Assembly: GCF_963921235.1 (NCBI RefSeq)
Contig: NC_086118.1
Location: 15,254,001 to 15,318,000 of the forward strand
Reading direction: 5' to 3'
From: Mobula hypostoma
Lineage: Eukaryota
Length of the DNA: 64,000 bases
Program-made: the position numbers and the translations under genes
The notes under the pieces: model-generated
Databases searched by the model: none
Told to the model about the DNA's origin: nothing
Seen by the model: only the letters and a program-made list of their open reading frames with translations
Shown here: positions 12,691 through 25,120 of the stretch, in pieces
How positions within the stretch are numbered: position 1 is the stretch's first letter
Layout of the letters: each line of letters starts with the position of its first letter

Positions 12691-13764
12691 TGCAAACACC
12701 TCGACTTTTCTCCCCCCTTTTTTTTGCCTTGTAACCAGTAAAAGCTGAAGTGGAGAACGATTGAAGCGGGTTTCTGTTTCCTCCCTTCTCTTCCCCGAGG
12801 TGGATCTCGGGGAGCTACAGACGGGACTCCCTCATTGTTCGTTTCATCTGTGTGACTCTGTTTAGGTCATGACGAAACGGGACGATCAGACTCAGGGCGG
12901 GCGAGAGGGAGAGAGAAAAAGTGTCGCTGCTCTGATATTCTCTCGCTCCGTTGCAGCGCCCAGTTTGGGTCGCAGGCCGTTGCAGTTCTGAATGGTGGCG
13001 CTTTGACGGGAAGGAAACGAAATGATCGCTCAGCCTCTTTGATTAATTAGAGTGCGTTCCTTGATGGGGGTCGCGGCGTGCCATCATTTTATATAAACAA
13101 ATCAATATCACACTTTGGGGGAAAACACATTTACCAAGAGTTCCACTGTTTGGAGGTTTCATATACGAAAATTTAAGTCTTTAAGACTTGCCATCTGTTT
13201 TATTTTGATAAATCGTATATTCAGTTATTTCAGTTTGATCAATAGGCTCATTCAAACGGGGACTTTTCTTCATAACGTGGGAGATAAATCCTTCCGTTTA
13301 TTATAAACATTTCCAGTTCTATTCGCTTTAATATCCTCCTTTAATGAGTGAAATTCGCGGTCTCTACTCGCGGAAAACCGCTGCTCGAAAGATATTTTCC
13401 CTTCTCCATGGCTACACAGATTTTAACAACTTCTGTACAAAAGCCTCGTTGTGCCGACCGAGCAGTCACATTCTGTTCAGACAACCCGCGTTTCCAGCCA
13501 TTTTACCAGCCTCCTGCCAATCACACTTCCCGAATCCGGTTTTCCCGTGAAGCGGTTTTGCCCGCGGCGCAGGCAGGAGGAGCTGCAGTTAGCGCCCCTG
13601 GTGTATGGTGACCAGCAAGCAACAAGTCTGTTTATAATCTATGGGGATTCAGGATTTTGCCAGTGGAACGGGATAGTACCTCTAAATTTAGTATCTTTCC
13701 CCCTTTGAATTTCGATTACCCCGGAGGTCAGGAAACTTATTTGTCCTTCCATGATATTTTTAGT

Positions 13765-14385
13765 TTTATTTATTTATTTATTCGGACATAGCATGGAATA
13801 GGCTTTTTTGGCCCTTCCAGACAAGCAATTCTGTCCAAGTTGCATGCCATCTTGGACAATGTCTCCCATTCACGACATAATGGACTGGTTGGGCACAGGA
13901 GTACATTCGGCCAGAAACTCATTACACTGAGATGCAACACTGAGCGTCATAGGAAGTAATTCCTGCCTGTGGCCATCAAACTTTACAACTCCTCCCTTGG
14001 AGGGTCAGACACCCTGAGCCAACAGGCTGGTCCTGGACTTACTTCCTGGCATAATTTACATATTACTATTTAATTATTTATGGTTTTATTACTATTTAAT
14101 TATTTATGGTGCAACTGTAACGAAAACCAATTTCCCTCAGGATCAATAAAGTATGACTATGACTATTCCCCCAATTTAACTCTAGCCTAATCACAGGACA
14201 ATTTACAATGCCCAATTAACCTGCCAACCAGTAGATCTTTGAACAGTGGGAGAAAACCAGAGTACCTGGAGGAAACCCATGCAGTCGAGGGGAGAATGTA
14301 CAACCTCCTTACAGACAGTAACAGGAATTGAACCCAGGTTGTTGCTAATGTAAAGCGTTGTGCTGACCACTGCGCTACTGTTACA
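13765..14385 (-). mobile_element. V-SINE (HE1-like) interrupted by a plus-strand Rex/Babar-like LINE 3' fragment (about 13831-14166)
   Basis: SINE tail and body are separated by a fragment ending AATAAAGTATGACTATGACTAT. Confidence 0.65.
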
Positions 14386-14620
14386 ATGTTTGAACTTACT
14401 ACAGTATTAATACTGGTGTTTAAAAGGATCATGATCCATTGCTGACTCTCAGAATCAAAATTATTATCAGCGGCATATGACATGAAATACTCTTAAGGGT
14501 TCATTCTACAAAACAGATCATTGGGTATTGGCAGCTGCTTTTCAAGTCTGAGACTGGAGTAAACCTTGGCAAACAATTTATTAAATATGGGGACTATCAT
14601 AAATAAGGCATTTCCATTTC

Positions 14621-14755
14621 ACAAAATAATCTGCAGAATCTGGGGTCAAAGCAACACTCACAACACGCTGACGAAGGGTTCCAGCCCAAAACGTCGATCG
14701 ATCTTTTCCACTGATGCTGCCCGACCTGCTGAGTTCCTCCAGCGTGTTGTGAGTG
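14621..14755. mobile_element. Short fold-back Penelope-derived element with hammerhead-like core
   Basis: Perfect 15-bp TSD AGGCATTTCCATTTC; inverted arms CACTCACAACACGCTG and CAGCGTGTTGTGAGTG. Confidence 0.8.
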
Positions 14756-16554
14756 AGGCATTTCCATTTCTCATCTATCATGTGCTTTCAGCAAGGTATG
14801 GGCTGTCAGAATAACAAATCTCTCCCTAGCCTGAGAGACCTGAGCCCAAAGGATCGAGAGGTTGAGGTTGACCATGGATATTGCATCCCAGCTGTCTACG
14901 TGATACACAAGCCAGGGCAGTACAATATGGAGACCAAGCAGTTGCCCCTGTAGCAGGCTCCCCTCTCCATGCAGCTGCTGGATCCAAAGGAACAGCAGAA
15001 ACTGACACAGTTTGGCATCAGTGGCATCGCCAGAGTTGCCAGTCCACATAGAACTCAACACTGGACTGCCTTAGGAACTCCAGCTCTGGATTTTTCCTTG
15101 GGGTTTACTCCTGAAGCCTTTCCCATGAGTGAGTATAGCCACAAGGCAGCGGAGGTTTGAGATCAGGTTTCCTTCTCCTGGATGAACTGATAAGCTCGCT
15201 CTGCCTGAAACGACTGGTGTTAAGGCATCAGTAACTCGCCTTTGCCCTTTCTCCTGTCAGTAGAAACAGTTCGGCCAAGCTTAGTAGCTAAGCCAGATGT
15301 GAAGGCCAGGAGTTGGACTTAATTGTCAGAGGCTATTTGAGACGCACGCCATTGGGAGCATTTAATAGGTAAGAGGATGCTATGCCTCGGCATTTAATCA
15401 GTAGCGCAAGCTCATCCCCACTACCATTTCCAGCTATAAGAACCCAAAGGTACCCCAAATGATTACATTCAGTAGTTACTGATACCCTGCCATCATGTTC
15501 AGCAACTAATTTTCGCATATCGTAATCAGACATAATTAACGAGAAAAACTGTTTTTATGGGGTGTTATTTGAATGATCATAAACCAAAACAGGAGAGTTT
15601 TTTTTTCTTGAGGAGAAAGGGAACCTTTTTGTGCTTGATTTCCAGATCACCTTCATTCTAACCATATCAGCATAGCTTCATTTCTCCTGTACTTGTTTAG
15701 CATTTAACCTTAAGCTTTGTTTTTTCTTCTGATCAGTAAAAACACAGCAGGCCTCCTGATTTCTTGCAAACTGGCAGACCTACTGATTTCTTAACTGTCA
15801 GACAGTTACAGACTGGAAGCTACTGATGGTACCTAAAGTCATTTGATAGTGACATAGGATTTGCAACACAGAAAGAGAACATTGGTTATTAAGCTGGGAT
15901 TCTTTCTGCACTCAAACCTCATATCCTAATTAGCTCACGACATCTTCACACTTGCAGGTGGACCAGTTTCATCTTAAATACATCCATACTTGTTACTACA
16001 GCAACTCCACATACCTATAAGGTGCACACTTCTTCCAGATGGTGAAAGTAGAGACTTAATAAATAATTTAGAGGGATGATTGAGATTTATGGTGTCTTAA
16101 TCTGCCCTTGTCTACTTTCCAATTGAATCAAATCATGAATTTAAATATCTGTATATTTGGTTTCTTATCTTCTCTTTTCCAGAATAAAAAGCCACAAATT
16201 GCTTAGTCTTTCCTGAGAGAAGTAACCCCAATCCTAGCCCCCATTCTATCAACTGTTAAACTTCTGTGTTTTTAACCACATTAAATATTAGGTAGCAACA
16301 AAAGCCAACAATTTTTTGTTATATGAAAAAAGACTTCAACTGAAAAATATAGAATGGTTGTCATCAAACCTTGCTCCCCGTCTTTTCAGCTTGTATTGCA
16401 GGATAAGAGAAATTAAGGCTATTTAAAATATTGTTTCCATATTTCAGAGGTTAATGATCATGCACTATAAAATTAAATGTGCCTTCAGCAAAAATGCTTC
16501 AGAGTGTAATGGAATCTTTTGCTTTCAGATGGTGTTCTTTGACATATCATCTAG

Positions 16555-17440
16555 GAATTGAATTGAATTGGCTTTATTTCTTATATCCTTCACATACATG
16601 AGGATTAAAAATCTTAATGTTACATCTCCATCTAAATGTGCCATGTGCAATCATAGTAATCTATCATAATTTATAATAAATAAAACAGTCAATGTAATAA
16701 AGAGTAAACTCAGATCAGCGTGACTTCATCAGTCTGATGGCCTGGTGGAAGAAACAGTCCCGGAGCCTGTTGGTCCTGGCTTTTATGCTGCAATAACACT
16801 TTCCAGATGGTAGCAGATGGAATAGATTGTGGTTGGGAATACCTGGGTCCTCAGTGATCCTATGGGCCCTTTTTACACACCTGTCTCTGTAAATGTCCTG
16901 AATCATGGGAAGTTCACAACTACAGGTGCGCTGGGCTGTCCACACCACTCTCTGCAGGGTCCTGCAATTAAGGGAGGTAGAGTTCCCATACCAGGCACTG
17001 ATGCAGCCAGTCAGGATGCTCTCAATTGTGCCCCTGTAGAAAGTTATTAGGATTTGGGGGCCCATACCAAACTTCCTCAGCTATCTGAGGTGAAAGAGAG
17101 CTGTTGTGCCTTTTTCACCACACAGCTGAAAAAGATGTGTACGGACCACGTGAGGTCCTCGGTGATGTGGATGCCGAGGAACTTGAAGCAGTTTACCCTC
17201 TCAACCCCAGATCCATTGAGGTCAATAGGGGTTAGCCCATCTCCATTCCTCCTGTAATCCACAACCAGCACCTTTGTTTTTACAACATTGAGGGACCACT
17301 GTGTCAGAGAGATGACTTCTTCCCTGTAGTCCACCTCGTTATTGTCTGAGATAAGGCCAGTCAATGTAGTGTCATCAGCAAATTTAATTTGCAGCTTGGA
17401 GCTGTGGGTGGCGATACAGTCATAGGTAGACAGTATCACT
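16555..17440 (-). mobile_element. Rex1/Babar-type LINE 3' fragment (RT C-terminus)
   Basis: KFADDTTLTGLIS, FKFLGIHITEDLTWS, FYRGTIESILTGCISAWYG; (CAATT)n tail. Confidence 0.85.
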
Positions 17441-18619
17441 GTGAATGCAATACTTCTCTGTTGGTCTCAGAATTGTTCTGAAGCTGTATTGAGCGGTGGT
17501 ATTTAAATACAAGTTTTCTCTTTTGTTGAATGAATTGTCCAAAAATTCGAGGTCTTGTAGGAAACATCTGATACATGCGGTGGCTCTGGAAAAAAACATA
17601 TAAAACTAATATTAAATAAAGTTCTATACATTGTAAAATATTCCACCAGTTAAGCTGTAGCAGGTATGCTTCCCTCACTGAAATTAATAGGAAGAAACAA
17701 CTGCTGGAAGAACAATAAAACTTTTTACAAGATTTTAATCAGCGATGGTAAATATCTTTGAATTTTTTAAAGTTTATGTGAATTTAATGCTTTACACTTT
17801 GAAATATTTTGATCACTTTCTTTTTCCTGCCCCGGTAGTCCAATGTCAGCGGTGTCTGGCAGTATGATGCACTGCATTTTGACACACCATTGTGATGGGA
17901 AGCAGCAGAATTTGCCTGGGAACAAGCTGGAAAAATAGTGTGGTCCCAGGGGCAGGTGGACGGTCATCTTGGAGCAATGGAAGATCAGCCCCATTAGGTG
18001 AAGTTCATGGCTAAAATACATGTGAGCTTTCCATTTAACCTATTAGCTGTGTTAACAATGGCCATCAATTTTTATGAATAGGCCCTGCTATGAATAAAGA
18101 TAAGGACAATATAATACAGAAAGCTTTACGACCGTACTTTACTCCCTTACTCCCATTGCTACACTTCCACTCAGCTTTCATAAAGTAGAAAATATATTCA
18201 ACTTGACAATCCATTCACTCGCACTTCCTCCTGCTTGATTTTTCACTATGTTTGTTACTGATGCTCTTTTGCATAAGACGGCTAATAAGCAAAAGTGCTA
18301 CTGTTGTAGAACTGCTTATTCACAGTAAAAATGTCCAAGGTTAAATATAGCTCACATATTCCTCACTGGAAGTCTACAATGGAAAATGTCCCAATTCCCA
18401 GCTACCAGAATATTTCTTGCAGCTAATGAAAACTGACTCTAGATGTTCTGTTCAGCTGATGGCTAATACCAATATTTTATGCACAAATAACAATTTATCT
18501 TACCAACCTGATTTGACTCAGAATATTCTTACAAGATAATGTAATTACATTGACAGGAATCTCCAGGCAATTTTGTTATCATATTTAAGCATGTAACACA
18601 GTTTCAACTATTCTGAATC

Positions 18620-18910
18620 GGTAGTATAGCACATAGCAGGACACTATCACAGGTAAGGGTATTCTAGAGTTTGGCGTTCAATTCTGGCATTGATCTATCA
18701 GAAGTCTCTGTACGTCCTCCCCATGGAAGACATGGGCTTTGCCTGGGTGCCCCGGTTTCCTCCCACAGTACAAAGATGTACCAGGTAGGTTAATTGGTCA
18801 TTGTAAATTGTTCTGTAATTAGGTTAGGGGCCGTGGGGGTGCTTGGGTGGTGTGGCTTGAGGGGCTGGAAGTGCCTACTCTGTATCACTAATTACATAAA
18901 ACAAATAAAT
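18620..18910 (+). mobile_element. V-SINE (HE1-like)
   Basis: V-domain GGGTGCCCCGGTTTCCTCCCACAGTACAAAGA...GGTTAATTGG. Confidence 0.75.
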
Positions 18911-19964
18911 TCTTCACTCCTTACATCTGAGGAGCTTCATTAATTCTATATATTCCTCACTAATATCGCCACACAGTGGGTGTCCTTTCAGATTATTGGA
19001 TGTAACATTGACTTTTTCATTACCGAGCAGCCTTGGTAGGTGTGATTATTTTCTCCATTTGTTTCTCTTCTGCCTCTCCCCTCACAATGCAAGCTTCTTA
19101 AACTGACGCCAGTGCCATTTTGAAGATGTAGAGTAATAGAATGATCACAGGGCACTTAACCCATTTGTTATAAAGGATTAGCAAGCCCCCCTCATTTGGA
19201 CAGCTGCATGTCATGTGTTCCTTAATGGAGGTCAGTTCTGGAGCTCTTCTCCTTTCACAGATGTCAGAATAAATCTCTTAATAATAATATATGTTGACTT
19301 TGTATCTTCTGCTTGGCTGATGACTGATTCCAATGCTCAGTGATTCAGTGCCCTCAATGTATGCCTGCTGGTTAAATGCAAGTGATATTTTCTTCTATTC
19401 AACCTGATAAGTTTGCCTTTTTATAATTCTCTGCTTGATTTTTTTTATCCGAGGATTTAGGTAGTGATATGGGCAATAAATTTAGAAATACTTCAAACTC
19501 CAAAGTTTAAATTGAATTTATTATCAAAGCACAGATATGTTACCAAATACTACCTTGAGATTCATTTCCTTGCAAACATTTACAGGAAAAGTAAAGAGTT
19601 ACTATAGGACCTACAGAAAACCATACATAAACAGGGTCTGTCACTTCACTTCTCTTACATTTCATTTCTCTGTGCCCACATACAGTAAATGTTCCTACTT
19701 ATTCAAATTTCAAATGAAATCACACAAGAAGAAGTCCAGGTGTTCACATGCTTTCCCTACATGGCTGAATGCATTTGTTTATAAATGGCAGTAAAAGCAG
19801 AAAAATGCCAGTGTGATTGAAGGCGTACAAAACACCGAAGTTGTATATTCTTCCAATATATAAGAGCTAAAACATCAATTAACTGCACAGGAATTATCAA
19901 TATTTTATAATTCATAGTAATTATGTAATTAGTAATTCATGCCCTCTTTGACCCTCCCCAATTT

Positions 19965-20500
19965 CTATAGATGCACTATAGGAAGCATTCTACCCGGATT
20001 CATCTTGGCTTGATATGGCTATAGCTCTGCCCGAGAATACAAAAAACTAGAGAGTGAGAGCTGTGGACTCAACTCAGCACAATACAGAAACCAGCCTCCC
20101 GTCCAGGCATCTGTCTACGTTTCTCCTTGCCTCACTGAAACAACCAACATAATTAAAGACCCCACTCACCCAGACATTCTCTGTTCTCTCCCCTCCCAAC
20201 AGGTAGAAGATACAAAAGCCTAAAAGCGCATGCCAGACATCCAAAGGATAGTGTCTTTCCTGCTGTTATAGGACTATTGAACAGTCCCCTTGTACCATAG
20301 ACAAACTCTTGACCTTGTAATGGCTTTGCAACTCAGTGTCTGCATGTACTGCATTTACTCAGTATCTCTAGCATTTCATTCTGTATTCTGTTAGTTATTT
20401 TTCCTTGTTCTCTGTCAATGTCCTGATGTGATGTAAAAATCACACACAAAACAATGTTTTCCACTTGTCCCCCATTTCTTGTGACAATATTGAACCAGTT
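19965..20500 (+). mobile_element. Decayed Rex/Babar-type LINE 3' fragment
   Basis: Begins with an FYRCTIxSIL-like segment homologous to 16715-17065. Confidence 0.6.
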
Positions 20501-21686
20501 TACCAATTGACGTTATTTTTGTTGATTGAAGGAAGATTGTGTGAAAGAAGATTGGGGAATTTAAAATGAAGACCGAGGTGGTAGCAGAAGGGCAAAAGTA
20601 AGGAGTTTTCAGATTGGAACATAACACAGATCACAAGCTATTTATTTGCTTAAAAGGGAAGCAAATTAAATCCGTTTTAATAATCTCAACTTTTACTAAG
20701 GTAATATTTGCTTTAAGAAGTTCAATTTAGACAATTACCTATATTTTAGGTTTATTTCTTTCATGATCATTACATACATTATGTATAGAAATGGAATGTT
20801 GTAATTTGACATTGCATTCTTGTTTATATTTTATAATTTAAAACAACCACACTTCTATTAATTGGGGAAATTTTTGAAGTGTTTCTAATTTAGGTGCCCA
20901 GTTAAGGAAGGATTGTTTGTGTGAAATTTAAGAAGGAAAATACAATTAAAAGTTTTAAACATAAGTGTTTCATAATTGTGCACAATAACAGAGAAACAGT
21001 TAGCAAAGGAGAAATATTGCAAATTAGTTCAGTATTTTCTTAAGATATCTATTGAACCTTGCCAGGAACCTGTAAAGAAAAATACCCATGCACTATTTAG
21101 AGTCTAAAACAGTTTATTCTTATGAAAAAATGTAAACATTTATTTATGTGATATGTTACATGAAATTATATTTACAGCTTTCAGAAAATATTTGACAGGA
21201 ACCATTATTTTTTTCCCAGTACAGGGATTACAGTATAGTTCTTCATAAGCTACATAAAAGCTAGTTTAGTCCTCTAGAAAAGGAGAAGAAATGTGGTTGG
21301 AACAGGTCAAAGTGGTCATGAAAGGATGGGTTTTGATAGTGAAATGTTTAGTAATGGTCTTCATTTCCTTTTTTTGAGAAAGTTCCTCAAGATCCAGGAT
21401 GACTTGTTTCCAAATTGGATCTGTGGGTTAGTGAGACCAGTTTCAGAACCCACAGAGGGAAGAAGTGCCTGAAGAAATGCTACCTTAGGCTGCATTTCCA
21501 TGTGCTCCTGAGAAATGAACTCAGATCCTTAATATCATTCCAAATACTCCTTTTCCACATTGTGTAGGCTTGGGATATTCCCAGGAGTTTCAAGAATGTC
21601 TTGAGCATATCCTTGGAAACAAAGACTTCGAGATGTTTGGACACTCAACTGGAAGCCCTGTTGAAAACAGTATAAATTAGTAAAGT

Positions 21687-21831
21687 ATAAATCAGTCCTG
21701 CTGAAGGGTCTCAGCCCAAAACTTCGACTGTACTCTTTTTCATAGATGCTGCCTGGTGCTGCCCTGCTGAGTTCTTCCAGCATTTTGTTTGCATTGCTTG
21801 GATTTCCAGCCGCTGCAGATTTTCTCTTGCT
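21687..21831 (+). mobile_element. Short Penelope-derived element with degenerate hammerhead-like core
   Basis: Same terminus family; 16-bp flanking repeat TATAAATTAGTAAAGT / TGTAAATTTGTAAAGT. Confidence 0.75.
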
Positions 21832-22629
21832 TGTAAATTTGTAAAGTTGCCCTTCAAATACAATAGCTGGAAGGCTCACCAGACCCAAAGTCAGAGGATG
21901 TTGGCAGCGGATAGCCATCAAAATCAATACAGAATTTTCCAAGATTCCCACCCGCAGTGCTGCCACATTCAGTAACATGTTCTGAGAGGTTGATGCCCAC
22001 ATTGACTGACCATATCATGCGACCTGCACCACTATTACAGGGGAACATCTCAATTTATTATACATGTCATTTACTCACCAATCAATGTTCTCCATCAATC
22101 AGCACTTGCACTTAGTCATCAATTTTCTCTTTTCATTTTAACGCATTCAGCATTGCTGCAAGAGCCACCCATATCTGACAGCTTCCAGGTTGTGCTAGCT
22201 ATTCACCCAAAAGAGCACATCTCCTTAATGGTTTGCAAAGCACTCACCGATGCATTTCTTTCATTTTGTTGAATGACAAGGTGGCGCTTGAGTGGACAAT
22301 TGGTGGGCCAAGATATGGGTGAAAGCATGCCTTCTTACCTTTCGTTAAATAGAGGCAAGCATGTTGGATATTACTGGGAGAGGGTCATGGAGTGGTTAAA
22401 GACATCAAAGGGGCTTTTATCCTCATTCCCAATCCTCCTTACCTTTCACTTATTTCATTGTGTCTTCACAGGATGCCGTGTGTGTGGTGCACCTTCGGCT
22501 CACACATTCACTGGATTCCAACCTACATTTCACAGTTTTTACATTCAGTATTCTTATCTCATAAAGTGGCCACTAAGTGTATGTTCTCTCATCTGAGTTC
22601 TATCTCTCTAACTGCCTTTATTTCATAGC

Positions 22630-23190
22630 ATTTATTTTATTTGCTTATCCATACAGCACACAGTAGGCCCTTCCAGCCTTTCAAGCCACACCACCCCAGC
22701 AACCCCACAACCCTGGTTAGCCCTAACCTAATCATGGGCCAATCAACAATGACCAATTAACCTACCTGGTACGTCTTTGGCCAGTGGGAGGAAACCGGGA
22801 CGCTCGGGAGAAACCCACCCATTCCACGGGAAGGACGTATAGAGACTCCTTACAGAATGGTGCCTGAATTGAACTCCCAACTCCACAAAGCCCCGAGCTG
22901 CAATAGTGTCGCAATAATCGGTATGCGACCATGGCATAAAGGTTTGTCTTGTATACTGTTCATTTAAAGATGCACTGCAAAATTGGCCCATTCAGCCCTT
23001 TGAACCACAGTGCTTGGGAACCCCCAATTTAACCCTAGTCTAATCATGAGATAATTTACAATGAGCAATTAGCCTACTAACTATGGGAGGAAAATGGAGG
23101 GCCTGGAGAAAACCCACGTACTCTACGGGGAGGATGTTCAGACTCCTTACAGATGACATTGGAATTGAACTTTGAACTCTGACACCCTGA
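22630..23190 (-). mobile_element. Two tandem V-SINE (HE1-like) copies
   Basis: Two V-domain blocks at about 22720-22935 and 23025-23190. Confidence 0.7.
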
Positions 23191-23220
23191 GCACTCACTA
23201 TTCTCAAATTTCTTTATTGC

Positions 23221-23309
23221 TTCCCCCTCCCCTCTCCTTCTCCTCCTCCTCCTCCTCCTCCTTCTTCTTTTCTCTCTCTCTCTCTCTCTCTCTCACTCTC
23301 TCTCTCTCT
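23221..23309. repeat. Polypyrimidine (CCT)n/(CT)n microsatellite
   Basis: Directly visible. Confidence 0.9.
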
Positions 23310-23506
23310 AGTGGAATTCTTATTCAGTGCAGGATGTGATCAGTTAAACCTAATGGACTTTTACAGCTTCACACTTTTACTTGTCTCATTGTTTCCCTCC
23401 CTCATTACTCAATCTCCATTCCATGGGGTAAGTTATCAACTACTATCAAGTGCATAGATATATCTCTTTCTATCTAACTCCCACTCTGAACTCTCTGCTT
23501 TTGACA

Positions 23507-23671
23507 CAAAATAATCTGCAGATGCTGGGGTCAAAGCAACACTCACAACACACTGGAGGAACTCAGCAGGTCGGGCAGCATCCGTGGAAGGGTTCCGGCC
23601 CGAAATGTCGATCAATCTTTTCCACGGATGCTGCCCGACCTGCTGAGTTCCTCCAGCGTGTTGTGAGTGTT
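23507..23671. mobile_element. Short fold-back Penelope-derived element
   Basis: Perfect 15-bp TSD TCTCTGCTTTTGACA; near-perfect inverted arms of about 52 bp (23538-23589 and 23620-23671). Confidence 0.85.
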
Positions 23672-24789
23672 TCTCTGCTTTTGACATCCCATGCCTTTCC
23701 AGTGGAGCCCAACATGGGCTAAAATGACAGCATTTTATATTCTGAATAAGCACATCTTTCAGACTCAGCACTGATTTCAACAATTCCATAATTTAAAATA
23801 TTCTGGATTACATTGCATAATTCTAGCTGTTTTTGTTTCCTCTCTCCCCTTCTTGATAATATCAGACTTCCTTTGACTCCTTCTATTTCTAGCTCCCCAC
23901 AGTCATAGATTTTGTGATTTACTAGTTTTTTCCATTCTCTCTGCCCAGTAATGCCTCCACATGTCATTTGGTATTGCCCAGTCTCCACTTTATCATATGC
24001 TTTCTCTTTTATATGCTCCTTCCTTTCTTTTCAACTTTAATTGTGTTTATTCTAACTTTTCCAAGTTCTGATGAAAGATGTTCAACTTGACACACCAACC
24101 CCATTTTTCTTTTTTCACAGGTGCCTGATTCACAGACTATCTTCATTTCAAACCTACAGCATATACATTGTTTTGCTTTTGATTTAATAGAAGCCAAGTT
24201 TGATCATCTCAGATCTGCTATAAGCAACACTTATTGTATAACTATAATAGTCTCTGTGTTATTTATCATAGTAATAAGTGCACACACTCAAACTTAAACC
24301 ATAAGGAATTACTTAACTAAGATTAAAGAGAATTCCATAAACTGATGCACTTACTTCTGGGAACAATGGGAGGATGGTCCAAACCCACAAAGTCTGGGAG
24401 AAAAAAATCCATTACAATCAGCACCACCACCACCTATTGTTGTTTACAACTAATATTAGCTTGAAAACACAGAAAAAGATTCAAAGAGCTGGAAAAAGTC
24501 AATTAGCAGCTGAGTGGTAAAACAGTATTGGTACCTTGGTATTGCTCTAATGGAAGGTCCTTTTCTGCTGATGAATCTGCTCTCAGTCTCACACCATTAT
24601 ATGTAGGAAGATGTTGAACTCCAAAATAATAGCGGAAATTATGATGTGTTTTACTGACACCAGTACCTGAGCGCAAGTGTTTCTTTTTCTTTATCAGGAG
24701 GCCAAGTAATTAAAAATAATTTGATAAAATAACTCCATTACCCAGGAAGTGCTGAGAATAAGGAACTCACTGCAAAAGGAATGAGTTCA

Positions 24790-25120
24790 GGTTTGGAGAG
24801 TTTGTTTCCTATAATGAGGATGCCTAGGACCAAAGGGGCAGCCTCAGAATAGAAGGACATCACTTTTGAACGGAGATGAAGAGGAATTTCTTTCACCAGT
24901 GAGTGGTGAATCTGTGGAATTCAGTGCCACACATGGCTGTGGAGGCCAAGTCATTGGGTATATTTAAAGTGGAGGTAGATACTAATTTATTTATTAATAA
25001 GCGTGTGAAAGGTTACATGGAGAAGGCTGGGGAATGTGGTTGAGAGGGATAATAAATTAGCCAAGATGGAATGGCAGTGTAGACTCGATGGACTGAATGG
25101 CCTAATTCTGCTCTTATGAT
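24790..25120 (+). mobile_element. CR1 LINE 3' end fragment
   Basis: GAGGAATTTCTTT...GTGGTGAATCTGTGGAATTC...GGCCTAATTCTGCTC typical of the CR1 tail. Confidence 0.8.

Larger units (their letters stand above)
11700..13750. promoter_or_regulatory. CpG-rich island spanning the GAS7 promoter and first exon
   Basis: CG dinucleotides are visibly enriched relative to the flanks; boundaries approximate. Confidence 0.7.

Noticed and set aside
13587..13602. Second CTCF-like motif (ACACCAGGGGCGCTA, minus strand)
   Set aside because: One G short of the core spacing; too weak to call.
17830..18080. Possible conserved enhancer or exon between GAS7 and MYH
   Set aside because: It looks non-repetitive but has no convincing ORF, splice pair or exact motif cluster; it cannot be supported without alignments.
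11089..23686. CRISPR-like array or prokaryotic/viral system suggested by the recurring palindromic repeats
   Set aside because: The repeats are dispersed with individual TSDs in a vertebrate intron-exon context; there is no regular spacing and no cas-like ORF.
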